The position numbers and the translations under genes are program-made. 64,000 nucleotides of DNA from contig JBDLRP010000020.1 in assembly GCA_039799905.1 (NCBI GenBank), forward strand, positions 12,200 to 76,199, in the 5' to 3' direction. Within the stretch, counting starts at the first letter, position 1. Each line of letters opens with the position of its first letter. Positions 1 to 10,114 of this stretch are shown one piece after another. Under the pieces are notes generated by a model. That model searched no databases. It was not told the DNA's origin and was given only the letters and a program-made list of their open reading frames with translations. The stretch is from Pseudomonadota bacterium. GTDB lineage: Bacteria > Bdellovibrionota_B > Oligoflexia > Silvanigrellales > Silvanigrellaceae.

Positions 1-278
1 GATTGAGCACCTTTACGCAGAAGGTTGCGCGGGTCGCTGACACTGATTTCTCCAGCAGCGTCAGGAACAGACACCTCGCGCTGCGGAGCAGACAAGAGTC
101 TTGGAGTGACGTGATAAAGGGGCAGACAAATGCAGTCGAGCAATGTGCTTTTGCCGGCTCCCGTCGGACCGCTGATTGCAAAAAGACCAGCTCCAGCCAG
201 AGGCTCTGCGGTAAAATCAATCTCGAAACGAGCTTGCAGCGAACAGATGTTTTCCCCGCGTACAGCCAGAATTTTCAT
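1..278 (-). CDS. sbcC: SbcC-like SMC ATPase, N-terminal part (runs off window)
   Basis: Not in the ORF track. Manual translation gives MKILAVRGENICSLQARFEIDFTAEPLAGAGLFAISGPTGAGKSTLLDCICL (Walker A GPTGAGKS). GGAGG RBS upstream; directly downstream of sbcD. Confidence 0.92.
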   Translation of the reverse strand, partial: MKILAVRGENICSLQARFEIDFTAEPLAGAGLFAISGPTGAGKSTLLDCICLPLYHVTPRLLSAPQREVSVPDAAGEISVSDPRNLLRKGAQ

Positions 279-318
279 TGTTCAGCCTCCCCACCTTCAA
301 ACAGCCTGCCAACGACGT

Positions 319-1587
319 TCACTCTGCATGTCCCGTCGAAACGTCGATGAGCACTTCCTGAAACGCCTTCAGCAAATCGTCGTCGGGCTTGGATTGATAT
401 TTCCTCTGGTGCAAATCGCTCATCACCGTCAGCGGATCGAGGCTGCGCAGTGAATCAAGACCAATCGGCCGATCGCGTTTCTCGGCCGGAGAGTTTTCAA
501 CACCTTCCGGACGGTGCGGAGAAACCTTCACAAGGCGGATGCATTTATTCTTCAGCGCAGTTTCAATCTGACTGCGCAATTCAGGCACAGGACCCGAAAG
601 TCTGACCGGAACTTCCAAATAGGGATATTGAGCTTCACTGAGCGGAGGCAAAGCGAGCGCCGAAAGTTCATTGAGCACCTCGTCGATCTCGAGCGGGCGT
701 GACGGACAGCGTATGAATTCGACCGGTCGCGCGATTGGGAAAGGCTTGAGTGATATTTTTTTATCGACGTTGAGTTCAACCACCACCATCTGATGCGTAT
801 AGTTGATTTCGGAAAACGACATCGGCAACGGGCTGCCGGAATATCGGATGTGTGGGTGTCCGCCAACATCCTGTGCCAGGTGTAGATGGCCAAGTGCGAT
901 GTAGGAAAATTCATCTGCGAGTTCTGCCAAAGGGACGGATTCCTCTCCGCCGATGATGATAGGCCTTTCCGAGTCTTTCGAGTTTTGACCGCCGCGTGCG
1001 TGCATGTGTCCCATTGCAATGAGGGGAATTGCATCGCCAAATTGTGCCCTCGCTGCAGTAATAGCCTGCCGGTAACAACGAACTACAGCCTCGGGATAGG
1101 GACAATTTTGGTCTGACCACTGCACATCCGCGTTTTTCAAAAAAGGCAGCGCGATACAGACCGCAGCTGGGCTGCCCGCGTCGGGAACACCTTGTTTGTG
1201 CGCAAACAAAGGCACAAGGAAAGCTTCGCCCGATACAATCCCTTGGGCTGTGCTGACCACGCGCCCGACCACCGTGACAGCAAAATTGCGGAGCAACTCC
1301 GCAGGAGCCTCAAGGCGCGCACCCGAATCGTGATTGCCGGCAATCACCACCGTCTGAAGATGCGGAACGCGGCGCTTGGCGTCGGCGAGAAATTCAAAAA
1401 ACATACGCTGTGCAGCCGCAGGCGGGTTCGACACATCAAACACATCACCGGCAATCAGCAAAACATCAATTCTCTCGTCAACCAGAGTTTGCACCACGCC
1501 ATCGAGAAACCGCCGGTGTTCGAATGATCTGTCGAACTTGTAGAAATCCTGACCCAGATGCCAGTCGGATGTGTGCAGCAGCCTCAT
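319..1587 (-). CDS. sbcD: Exonuclease SbcCD subunit D (metallophosphoesterase)
   Basis: MRLLHTSDWHLG, IAGDVFD, IAGNHDS, YIALGHLH, YSGSP motifs; GGAGG before ATG 1587. Confidence 0.95.
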   Translation of the reverse strand: MRLLHTSDWHLGQDFYKFDRSFEHRRFLDGVVQTLVDERIDVLLIAGDVFDVSNPPAAAQRMFFEFLADAKRRVPHLQTVVIAGNHDSGARLEAPAELLRNFAVTVVGRVVSTAQGIVSGEAFLVPLFAHKQGVPDAGSPAAVCIALPFLKNADVQWSDQNCPYPEAVVRCYRQAITAARAQFGDAIPLIAMGHMHARGGQNSKDSERPIIIGGEESVPLAELADEFSYIALGHLHLAQDVGGHPHIRYSGSPLPMSFSEINYTHQMVVVELNVDKKISLKPFPIARPVEFIRCPSRPLEIDEVLNELSALALPPLSEAQYPYLEVPVRLSGPVPELRSQIETALKNKCIRLVKVSPHRPEGVENSPAEKRDRPIGLDSLRSLDPLTVMSDLHQRKYQSKPDDDLLKAFQEVLIDVSTGHAE

Positions 1588-1733
1588 GATCGGGTCCTCC
1601 GCGGGTGTCAAAAACTGTGGCGACGAATTGACCGCCAAACTACACAAGCAAGGCTTTCTGGTAAATTAAATCGCAGGACTCTGCGACATGCTGTGTCGCA
1701 CCTCAACCAAAAATGCGGGAGAGCGTCTTCCCT

Positions 1734-2615
1734 ATGACCACTGAACAATCAACACTCAATGGACGTATTTGTCTTGTTACGGGCGCCAACTCGGGCATCG
1801 GGCGTGAAACAGCGCTGGGTCTGCTCAAGGCAGGAGCAACTGTTCTTGCTGTCTGCCGCGACCGTTCCAAGGGCGAGGTCGCAGTCGCCGAAATTAAAAA
1901 GGCCTCGGGCTTGAAAGCTATTTCGCTTCTGACCGCTGACCTGACTAATATTGAAGAAATGCACACACTGCATGCCGATGTAAAAGACAAATTCGGCCGG
2001 CTGGATGTTTTGGTCAACAATGCGGGAGCGATTTTTGGTGAACGACGCACAACGGACAGCGGTCTCGAGATGACGTTTGCCACAAATCATCTCAATTATT
2101 TCGTAATGAGCCACCTTTTTCTAGATTTGCTGAAAAAAGGCACAGCCGAATCGAAGCAAGCATCGAGGATTGTCAACGTCGCCTCCGAGGCCCACCGTGC
2201 GGTGCGAGGCGAAACCGTCGATTGGCAATACGAAAACAGCCCATACAAGCCCATGGAGGTGTATGGGCTCAGCAAATTGGCAAACATCCTTTTCACCCGA
2301 GAACTCGCCGCGCGGCTGAACCCCGCGGAGATCACCGTCAACTGTCTGCACCCCGGAGTTGTCCGCACTGGCTTCGGAACTCAGGGGGACTGGGGTTTTC
2401 TTGGAACTCTGTTCAATCTGGCAAGACCGTTTTTCATTTCACCGGAAAAAGGCGCTCGCACCTCACTGTTTCTTGCTTCAGAATCACAATTGTCGCAGGT
2501 ATCGGGGCGCTACTTCAAAAACTGCTCTGAGGCAAAGCCCTCTTCGCTTGCATTCAATGACTCCATGGCCAAGAACCTTTGGGAAACAAGCCGTCGAATC
2601 ACCGGAATGGGCTGA
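1734..2615 (+). CDS. Short-chain dehydrogenase/reductase (retinol dehydrogenase-like)
   Basis: TGANSGIG, LVNNAG, catalytic YGLSK, LHPGVVRT. Confidence 0.93.
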   Translation: MTTEQSTLNGRICLVTGANSGIGRETALGLLKAGATVLAVCRDRSKGEVAVAEIKKASGLKAISLLTADLTNIEEMHTLHADVKDKFGRLDVLVNNAGAIFGERRTTDSGLEMTFATNHLNYFVMSHLFLDLLKKGTAESKQASRIVNVASEAHRAVRGETVDWQYENSPYKPMEVYGLSKLANILFTRELAARLNPAEITVNCLHPGVVRTGFGTQGDWGFLGTLFNLARPFFISPEKGARTSLFLASESQLSQVSGRYFKNCSEAKPSSLAFNDSMAKNLWETSRRITGMG

Positions 2616-2621
2616 GAAAAA

Positions 2622-4133
2622 TCAATACGATTTTGCGAAAAGAACGCGTTTTTTCGAGGGCAAGCCCGTAAAGATGCATGTCCCTGCTTCCTCCGCACCT
2701 TCAAGAGGCATGCAACGCGGTGTCACTTTGAGACGTGCGAATGACTCGTGACCAATGGCAGCCTCGTTCCAGTGCACCGACGCAAAACCCGGAGCATGTT
2801 CCTGTTCACCTTTTGCCGCAAAAAACGCGTCGAACTCGGCGAGGCTGTTGATCTTGACGATACTCGAGTCGCGAAACTGCTTTGCTCTCTCAAAAAGATT
2901 ATTTTGAATTTCATTCAGCACAGCGGGCAGTGTTTCGACAAATTGCGCGAACGCAACGCTCGACTTTTCTTTGGGCTTGAAATCACGCCGACCGACGAAA
3001 ACTTCGTTCTTGGCAATATCGCGCGGACCAATCTCAACGCGCACCGGCACACCCTGTTTAATGGCCTGCCACGCCTTGTCGCCACCGCGCATATCGCGGT
3101 CGTCGATTTTGGCGCGCACGGGCCTGCCGTCGAATGCCTGCGAGCGCAATTCCTTCTGCAGTTTCTCGGCATACTCAATCACTGTCGCGCGCTCAGACTC
3201 GTCGCGGTAGATGGGAATGATGAGCACATGACAAGGGGCGAGTTTGGGTGGCAGCACGAGCCCGTCGTCATCGGAGTGGGTCATAATCAGACCGCCGATG
3301 AGGCGCGTCGATACACCCCAGGATGTCGTCCACGCAGTCTCGACAACGCCATCTTTGTTTTGAAACTTGATTCCCGAAGCTTCCGCGAAGTTTTGTCCCA
3401 AAAAGTGTGACGTGCCCGCCTGCAGTGCTTTTTTATCCTGAGTGAGTGCTTCAATCGTATAAGTTTCGACAGCACCGGGGAATCGCTCGTCGGGAGTCTT
3501 GGTTCCCTTGATGACCGGCATCGCCATATATTCCTGAGCAAACTTCTCGTACACATCGAGCATTCTCAGAGTTTCGGCGCGCGCCTCTTGCTCACTCGCA
3601 TGAACTGTATGCCCTTCCTGCCAGAGGAATTCAGACGTGCGAAGAAAAATACGAGTGCGCATTTCCCAGCGCATGACATTGCACCACTGGTTCATGAGAA
3701 TGGGCAAATCCCGATACGACTTAACCCACTTGGCATACATATGGCCGATGATGGTTTCGCTCGTCGGGCGAATCACGTGCGGTTCTTCGAGCTGGCTGGT
3801 TGGGTCGGGACGCAGTTTGCCGTCGGGTCCGGCCTTGAGCCGGTGGTGAGTCACCACGGCGCACTCTTTGGCAAAGCCTTCGACGTGCTCGGCTTCCTTT
3901 TCAAGAAAGCTGAGCGGAATCAGCAAGGGAAAATATGCATTCACATGTCCGGTTTCTTTGAACATGCCGTCGAGCACTGCCTGCATGTTCTCCCAAAGCG
4001 CATATCCCCAAGGCTTAATGACCATGCAGCCGCGCACCGGCGAATTTTCCGCAAGATCAGCGGCCTTGATGACTTCCTGATACCATTCCGGATAATTTTC
4101 AGTTCTTTTGGGAGAAATCGCATTCCCTGACAT
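2622..4133 (-). CDS. proS: Proline--tRNA ligase, archaeal/eukaryote-like type without INS editing domain
   Basis: IRPTSET, VMRWE...FLRTSEFLWQEGHT, QAGTSHFLGQNF, SWGVSTR, C-terminal FAKSY. Confidence 0.97.
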   Translation of the reverse strand: MSGNAISPKRTENYPEWYQEVIKAADLAENSPVRGCMVIKPWGYALWENMQAVLDGMFKETGHVNAYFPLLIPLSFLEKEAEHVEGFAKECAVVTHHRLKAGPDGKLRPDPTSQLEEPHVIRPTSETIIGHMYAKWVKSYRDLPILMNQWCNVMRWEMRTRIFLRTSEFLWQEGHTVHASEQEARAETLRMLDVYEKFAQEYMAMPVIKGTKTPDERFPGAVETYTIEALTQDKKALQAGTSHFLGQNFAEASGIKFQNKDGVVETAWTTSWGVSTRLIGGLIMTHSDDDGLVLPPKLAPCHVLIIPIYRDESERATVIEYAEKLQKELRSQAFDGRPVRAKIDDRDMRGGDKAWQAIKQGVPVRVEIGPRDIAKNEVFVGRRDFKPKEKSSVAFAQFVETLPAVLNEIQNNLFERAKQFRDSSIVKINSLAEFDAFFAAKGEQEHAPGFASVHWNEAAIGHESFARLKVTPRCMPLEGAEEAGTCIFTGLPSKKRVLFAKSY

Positions 4134-4287
4134 CGTGAGCCCACCATTCCTGCTGTGTTTGGTTGTGCGAGGCGTTATGTTTGCATGCAAACTAGACTAA
4201 TTTGGGTAACCTGATTTCGGCCAACAGACAAGATTACCCAAAAAACGCTCTCAGTTTATGCAATACAAAACATAGTGGGAGCGCGAC

Positions 4288-5559
4288 TTACCTGCGAACA
4301 GGAGACGGCAACGGCATGGGGGTTTTTACGGGACTCACGTCCTGCACAGGCTGCTGCGGAGGATCCATCTTATCAAGATCCGGAATTCCGTATTTGCGGC
4401 CGAGCACATCGGCAATGCATTTATCGCGGTTGGCAGCCGCGTTGCACGCTTTCAGTTCTTTGAGATTCGTCTGTCGCCGCTGCTCGAGTGAGGTGAAGAC
4501 CTTCGCGCGAGAAGAAATTCTCTCTGCGCAAATCCTGCGCGTCTCCTCGCTGACTGCAACGTTGTTTGACGGCGCTGAACGCGCGGGAAATGTCAACGTG
4601 CCACTCTTGTATTTCGGAATACTTTTAAACGTCAAAAGGAGCGGAAGATTAGGATCGATGGATTCGTAGAACTGCGGATCAATACCCGTCAGTGTGTCCA
4701 TGTCGAGAAGTTCTACGGATGCTTGGACAGCCTCCAAACTCTTGATTTGCGAACGCGGATAAAACTGCGGATCTTCGCACACTGCGCGAACGAATGCATC
4801 TTTGAACTGTGCGTAGGTTGCGACGTCACCATTGCTTTGAGCGGCCTTTATGAATGCCTTCTGGAAGGCATTTTCAATAGTGTAAATAGGACTGAAAATC
4901 ACCTCGCTGACGGGCGTGATGACCGCAATATTGGTCTTTTTTCGTGCGGTTTCATTTGCCAAAACACGTGCATATTTGTTCATAAATTCTACGTTGCTGA
5001 GGTTCCCGCTGTTGCAACTCTGAACAAACATCAATACTTCCTCGGCTCCGAGCGAGGCGACCAACTCAGCTAGCTCATTACCTGTAAGATATTCGGGCGG
5101 TGTTTTCGTTTCGCTGTTGCCCTCTGAAATTGAATACACATAACCCGAATCAATTTCTTTAAAAGCCTGCTGACTTGCACCATGTCCCGTCAAGCCGAGG
5201 ACAATCATCGTGGGCGCGTTGGGGTTTTTGGCTTTGAATTGTGAAATGTTCGCCCGCAGCTGGGAGAACCGATTCTGAATATCTTTTTTGCTGGGGTGCC
5301 AATTCGACTGGTCCGAGAGATCAAAAGCCAATTTGTAGTTGCCACCGACCTCACTCAAAAAGACCTCTTTCAGCGTGTTCGCAAGGTACTCGGTCGGTTG
5401 CTTCCCAAAACCTTTACCGCCAATGCTCAGCGTCGCCAGCCATTTACCAACGACTTTGCCTCGCGGCGTGATTGAAGTTTCTTTGGAATCGTTTGGAACC
5501 GGCGGTTTGCAGCTTGCAAGAAGAATTGCAGAACAAAGCAGGCTTAGAAATTTAATCAT
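4288..5559 (-). CDS. Lipoprotein with putative clan CD (caspase/legumain-like) peptidase dyad
   Basis: Lipobox LLASC; IVLGLTGHG and LMFVQSCNSG resemble the strand-HG and strand-SC catalytic motifs; Pro-rich tail. Confidence 0.55.
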   Translation of the reverse strand: MIKFLSLLCSAILLASCKPPVPNDSKETSITPRGKVVGKWLATLSIGGKGFGKQPTEYLANTLKEVFLSEVGGNYKLAFDLSDQSNWHPSKKDIQNRFSQLRANISQFKAKNPNAPTMIVLGLTGHGASQQAFKEIDSGYVYSISEGNSETKTPPEYLTGNELAELVASLGAEEVLMFVQSCNSGNLSNVEFMNKYARVLANETARKKTNIAVITPVSEVIFSPIYTIENAFQKAFIKAAQSNGDVATYAQFKDAFVRAVCEDPQFYPRSQIKSLEAVQASVELLDMDTLTGIDPQFYESIDPNLPLLLTFKSIPKYKSGTLTFPARSAPSNNVAVSEETRRICAERISSRAKVFTSLEQRRQTNLKELKACNAAANRDKCIADVLGRKYGIPDLDKMDPPQQPVQDVSPVKTPMPLPSPVRR

Positions 5560-5587
5560 GCTTTCCACCTTTTCAATTGGCTAAGGG

Positions 5588-5614
5588 TCATCGGTAAAAA
5601 GCCTAATTTCTTTA
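5588..5614 (-). promoter_or_regulatory. Putative sigma28 (FliA) promoter
   Basis: Minus strand TAAA-N15-ACCGATGA just upstream of the 4288..5559 gene. Confidence 0.6.
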
Positions 5615-5870
5615 AAATAATTCAATCCTCGGTGGGTTTTGCAGCCAATCGGCGCTGCAAGAACAAACGCCTTCAAGAAATTATGACAATTTTCCTAGAT
5701 TCGATGAAAATTTAGTAGAATGGTCAAAATCAAATGATGACTGCTCAAATCCAGCATTGGTAGTTGACTGGTTGAGTCATTGATCAACTTTTATTTGTAC
5801 ATCAGGACAAGTGTCTGAATCCTGTACACTTTGCTGACAGAAATAGAGCTGAAAATATTACATTTTTCTG

Positions 5871-5886
5871 CGGCACGCTCCTTGCA
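5871..5886 (+). promoter_or_regulatory. Putative sigma54 -24/-12 promoter
   Basis: CGGCAC-GCTCC-TTGCA (GG-N10-GC), about 35 bp before ATG 5921; TGT-N11-ACA at 5812-5828. Confidence 0.65.
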
Positions 5887-5920
5887 AGGCACTGAAAAGC
5901 CTCAGTAGGGAGTCCAGGCT

Positions 5921-6610
5921 ATGCTTAGCAAAAAACTTCTTCCTTTAATCGCACTCGTCGCAGCCTGTCACCCGCGCGAACTTTATTCCGAGGCACAAAG
6001 CGAACCGCAAAAAACAAAAAAGCCCCTACAAATAACTGGGACATGGCAAGCAACCGAAGTTTGGTCGTTGCGCGAGGAAAACGGTCAACGCAAAGCCGTG
6101 CACACACAAGCTAATGCTTTGAAAGACGCTCTATGGCGGGTTAAAATCGAAATCGATTCGGACGGTCGAGGGTTCATGAACGGCTTAGTGAAATGCGTCG
6201 GCCCTGCAACAGCAATGTCAGGACCGAAAAAGATTCATTCACTGCAAATTATGAATGCACTGTTAGGACTACTGAGTCTGCCCAAGTTGATTGATCAAAC
6301 CAAAAATGAAATCGATTGCGCAAAAGCAGCAGATGGCAACATCGCGAGCGTGCTTGGAGTGTCTCCGTCGGTCAACTTCATTGGTCAGAAGCACAACACA
6401 CTTCCCAAGAACCTTGGAGTTTTTGGCGAAACGCAAAGCCTGTACTCCGCAGACAAAGAGTGCAACGGCATGCGCGGTGTCCGATTTGTCAATGTGCAAC
6501 AAGCATCCGCCTGTGTCGGCTTCACCGATGCCTCGGCAAACAAAATCCGCTTTCTCATTATCCCAGTGGGAGAGATTTACGCGGTGCGCGTCAACCTAAA
6601 GCGCGACTGA
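5921..6610 (+). CDS. Hypothetical lipoprotein
   Basis: 229 aa ORF, lipobox LVAAC, GGGAG RBS. Confidence 0.75.
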   Translation: MLSKKLLPLIALVAACHPRELYSEAQSEPQKTKKPLQITGTWQATEVWSLREENGQRKAVHTQANALKDALWRVKIEIDSDGRGFMNGLVKCVGPATAMSGPKKIHSLQIMNALLGLLSLPKLIDQTKNEIDCAKAADGNIASVLGVSPSVNFIGQKHNTLPKNLGVFGETQSLYSADKECNGMRGVRFVNVQQASACVGFTDASANKIRFLIIPVGEIYAVRVNLKRD

Positions 6611-6660
6611 AATTTCATCATAGTCGAATCTTGCCGTTTATACTGGAAAATTTTCAAACT

Positions 6661-6687
6661 TCAGTTTGTGAATTATATTTCCGATTT
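6661..6687 (+). promoter_or_regulatory. Possible sigma28 promoter
   Basis: TCAG-N15-TCCGATTT upstream of the 6731 gene. Confidence 0.4.
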
Positions 6688-6730
6688 CCTAAAAAATTAG
6701 AGTAGAGATGCGGATCGGTCTATCCTTTGT

Positions 6731-7576
6731 TTGGAAAAGGATGAGAGTTTGAAACCTTTTCATCAAACTTCAGTCTCTCTTTCCTGCATGCTGATGATGG
6801 CAGCATGCGGTGGTCTGAGCTATTTCGACAATAAAAAAGGCCGGGACGAAGCGACCCCAGCGACAGATCCAACTGTTGTTCCACCCATTGTCGTGACTGG
6901 ATCCTACGTCACGGGAATTCTCGTGGATGAATTCAATGCACCGCTGGCACAGAAAGATATCAGCGCCGACGAAGGGCGATACGCAGTGCGCACCGACGCG
7001 TCCGGTACATTCAAAATGCCGATTGCTTTCTTGCGCGATAATTCATTTGATGTCGACGTCAAACTGGGCCAACAGGAGATTCCGTTGCGCCTGAAACCCT
7101 GCCCTCACCTGCTCGGTGCAATCAAAATCGCCGCAGCATCCGAGGGTGTTGAAGCAGGGCTAATGATGGCGGTCCGGCTTTCTGAGAGCGTTTCAGTTCT
7201 GCCAAATGACCCCGTCAGCGGAGAAAAAGTTCGAATTCTTGCAGATTCAATATCGGTAGCGAAAGAAACAGGCCGCAAAGACCTCCGCGAGTCAGCGTTT
7301 CTTCAATTCAAGGTCGTGTCACCTCTGAGCGGCGATGAAATCAATCCGGATTTTACAATCTCAGGTGATTGTGCTGTCGGCTACAAGGTGCGTGTCTTTG
7401 GTGATGTCGTTGTTCCGGCGGAGCTCACATGCACCAATTCAGGCGGTCGCGGTTCGTTCACAGCCAACGTAAGTGCCGTCAACCGGAGTGGTTCCAATTC
7501 CGTTGTGTTTGAGCATATCGAACCGTCATCTGGTTCACTGGTCTCTCAGTTGGTGCTATTCAAATCCAGCGAATAA
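6731..7576 (+). CDS. Hypothetical lipoprotein with beta-sandwich/Ig-like segments
   Basis: MMAAC lipobox; VTGILVDE...RTDASGTF resembles a carboxypeptidase-regulatory-like domain; start uncertain. Confidence 0.65.
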   Translation: MEKDESLKPFHQTSVSLSCMLMMAACGGLSYFDNKKGRDEATPATDPTVVPPIVVTGSYVTGILVDEFNAPLAQKDISADEGRYAVRTDASGTFKMPIAFLRDNSFDVDVKLGQQEIPLRLKPCPHLLGAIKIAAASEGVEAGLMMAVRLSESVSVLPNDPVSGEKVRILADSISVAKETGRKDLRESAFLQFKVVSPLSGDEINPDFTISGDCAVGYKVRVFGDVVVPAELTCTNSGGRGSFTANVSAVNRSGSNSVVFEHIEPSSGSLVSQLVLFKSSE

Positions 7577-7609
7577 TCAGGGATTCTCTGAATCACATCG
7601 CTCAGCATC

Positions 7610-8626
7610 TCACGCGCGCGACGAAGCAATCAGTGAGAGTGCTTCTTGCAAAAATCCTGTGTGCACGCGCCAATTTTCGGGACCATAGCCACCTGCCATA
7701 ACGTAGGCCTGAGGAATTCCCCGCTGTCGCAACCATTCAAAAACCAACATGCTGCGCTCGACGCATTGCTCCAAGCTCAGCTTGAGCAGCTCGGCGCTTT
7801 TGAGAACGTCTTTCTCGTAGGGGTCGCTGCCGTCGACAACCAACGCCAAATCCGGCAGAGCCCCACCTGTTCCGACTTCAAGCTGGCGCAGACCGCATCG
7901 AAGCAGTTCCAAGTATTGAGCCTCCGAACCCTCGGGAACGGGAATATCCACCGTGCTGGGCCAAAAACATTTCTTGAGTTGTCCATTGTCATCCAGTGGC
8001 GGTTCGTCGAGTGGCCAGCCCCTCTGCATATGGATGCTGAGTGTTTGGACACTATCATCCTGAAGAGTGATTTCGGCCGTTCCGTCGCCCTTGTGCGCAT
8101 CCAAATCAATCACCCATACCCGCTGCACCTTACTGCGGCTCTGCAATTCGCGGACCGCAATCATGATGTCATTGACGAGACAAAACCCGCGTCCACCATG
8201 GGTCATCGCATGGTGTGCACCGCCGCCCAAAAAGTAACAAAAGTTTTTTTCGAGAGCGATTTCGCAAGCCAGAAGCGTTCCGGCAGCATGAGCAAGACGC
8301 TTTTGCACGAGTTCTTGCATCGGTTTATTCGTCTGACTCGCTACAAAACGCTCGTTGAAACGGCCGTCGGCATCGATAAATTCAAAAACCTCGCCCATCA
8401 CCCTGAGCGGATCGTCGGAAAGCAAACCATCAACGTATGCTTTGCTGTGCACGCGCAGCAGCTGTTCGCGCGTGAACGGCTGCAAATCAGCTGTCACCAG
8501 CCACTCCCCGACTTGATGTCCCAATCGCGGATGTTCCTTGAGCGCTAAGAGCGTGCGCGTGTAGCGATCAGCAAGCAGCGGTATCTGAATTCCATAGTCC
8601 TGCAGGCTTGCGTTTGAATTTTCCAT
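7610..8626 (-). CDS. Histone deacetylase family (Zn-dependent amidohydrolase)
   Basis: GGGAHHA, GFCLVND, IDLDAHKGDG, GSDPYEKD, AGGY motifs. Confidence 0.93.
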   Translation of the reverse strand: MENSNASLQDYGIQIPLLADRYTRTLLALKEHPRLGHQVGEWLVTADLQPFTREQLLRVHSKAYVDGLLSDDPLRVMGEVFEFIDADGRFNERFVASQTNKPMQELVQKRLAHAAGTLLACEIALEKNFCYFLGGGAHHAMTHGGRGFCLVNDIMIAVRELQSRSKVQRVWVIDLDAHKGDGTAEITLQDDSVQTLSIHMQRGWPLDEPPLDDNGQLKKCFWPSTVDIPVPEGSEAQYLELLRCGLRQLEVGTGGALPDLALVVDGSDPYEKDVLKSAELLKLSLEQCVERSMLVFEWLRQRGIPQAYVMAGGYGPENWRVHTGFLQEALSLIASSRA

Positions 8627-8695
8627 TGAAAGAATCACGGCGGTGCTCCTTTGACAGCAAAACACTTATAACCGTGACACGGGTGGAAGCACAGA

Positions 8696-10114
8696 TCACT
8701 CGATGGGTTCAAAATTGCGGCATTCTTCTTTGCGAAATGCCTGATTCAAACCAGCAAGAAGAGTTTTCGCGCCGTCACGGTGCACGGACAGGTCGGTCCA
8801 ATACTTGAGACTTCCATTATCGTAGTCTTCGGCATCGACAAAGTAGCCGAGCCAATCTTGTGAAAGTCCCATCCAAATCGTCTGACGGCCGGAGGCAAGC
8901 TGTGATTCAAGTTTGCGGATAACCTTTGGAAAAACCTCTCCGGGCAGCGAGGCGAAATCGAGTTCTCCTACGGAGACAACACTCACGCGCGAAGTGATTA
9001 TGTTATCGCGAATTTTTGTTTCAACAACGCGCAGATTGCTCGCCAAGCGGAAAAGCTTGTTGTCGACGGCAAAACGGACCGGCACGTGACAGACGCTCAC
9101 GCCTGCGGCCGACTCAGCTAATTCTTCCTCAGCCACGGAGGTCACAGCCTGTGCCAAGCGAAAGCCTACCGTCGAGGCGTTTTTGTATTCATCTTTGATG
9201 TCCGGATCTTTGTCACCCTCGGGAAACAAGTCATCAATCAACGTCGGATCGCCGACCGGAGGAATAATTGGATACACCTTTCCAACAACTCCATTCACGT
9301 ACAGGTGCGGAACATTGCCGGCGAGCCGTTCCATGCTCTTGCGAAATCCACCGATGAAATCGGACGACAGAGTGTTGTTGTTCATCCCGATAACGGTCGG
9401 ATGTGCGCCCCACTGCGTGAAGGTTCCGAGTAAGTTTTCGTTGTCCACCGAATAAAACGACAGTGAAACGAATGAATCTTGAACTTCCGCCGGATTGCTC
9501 AGCGCCGAAGTTGAATTCTGATGTCTGCCTGTGCGTTTTGTCATGCGTGCTGGCTGTAATTTTGCAAATGCGTCGCGCACTGCCTGAACCGCCGCAGTTT
9601 CGAGTTGCTCGGCATAGCGCGAATTGCGTCCGGATTTGGGCAAAGAACCCCACAAGCCGAGAGTATCGGGAGAATGATGAGTGTGACTGGCTGAAACGAT
9701 CAGATGCAGATTGGCATCGACGGCCTCGCGCGCCTTAACCTCGATTCTCGAAATCTGGGTTGCAGATAAGCCGACGGCATCGAGCGCAAGAATCGCGGCA
9801 CGCTCTCCGGCTGCCGACTCAAAAACAACCGCAGCAGCATACAGCGGGTCGTGAATTCCATTGCCATTCATGCGCGGAGTAGCGAGAAAAAAAGTTCCAT
9901 ATCCACCCATCGGAATGGTTGCGCGCGTGCTGATATCAATTTGTGCCAAACCAATTCTAAATTCTGCCGCAGCGCCCTGCTGAGGCACAAGACAAGAGAG
10001 ACCAGCACAAGCGAAAAGTGCTGCACATCGACGCAATTGCAACCAGCCGCTGGTGGAAACCTGACCTTGTTCAGGTATGCTGTGGTCCACATTCATTTTT
10101 AGGGAGAACTGCAT
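8696..10114 (-). CDS. Secreted neutral/alkaline ceramidase-superfamily protein (paralogue A)
   Basis: HDPLYA, SASHTHHSPD, GAHPT, SSDFIG, LPGE, GLSQDWLGY; signal-like hydrophobic segment. Confidence 0.8.
   Translation of the reverse strand: MQFSLKMNVDHSIPEQGQVSTSGWLQLRRCAALFACAGLSCLVPQQGAAAEFRIGLAQIDISTRATIPMGGYGTFFLATPRMNGNGIHDPLYAAAVVFESAAGERAAILALDAVGLSATQISRIEVKAREAVDANLHLIVSASHTHHSPDTLGLWGSLPKSGRNSRYAEQLETAAVQAVRDAFAKLQPARMTKRTGRHQNSTSALSNPAEVQDSFVSLSFYSVDNENLLGTFTQWGAHPTVIGMNNNTLSSDFIGGFRKSMERLAGNVPHLYVNGVVGKVYPIIPPVGDPTLIDDLFPEGDKDPDIKDEYKNASTVGFRLAQAVTSVAEEELAESAAGVSVCHVPVRFAVDNKLFRLASNLRVVETKIRDNIITSRVSVVSVGELDFASLPGEVFPKVIRKLESQLASGRQTIWMGLSQDWLGYFVDAEDYDNGSLKYWTDLSVHRDGAKTLLAGLNQAFRKEECRNFEPIE

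Noticed and set aside
1..1587. sbcCD as a novel nuclease-ATPase defence system
   Set aside because: Motifs and gene order match ordinary SbcCD repair genes.
7646..8548. 300-aa plus-strand ORF
   Set aside because: Antisense shadow of the HDAC-family gene; no motifs.
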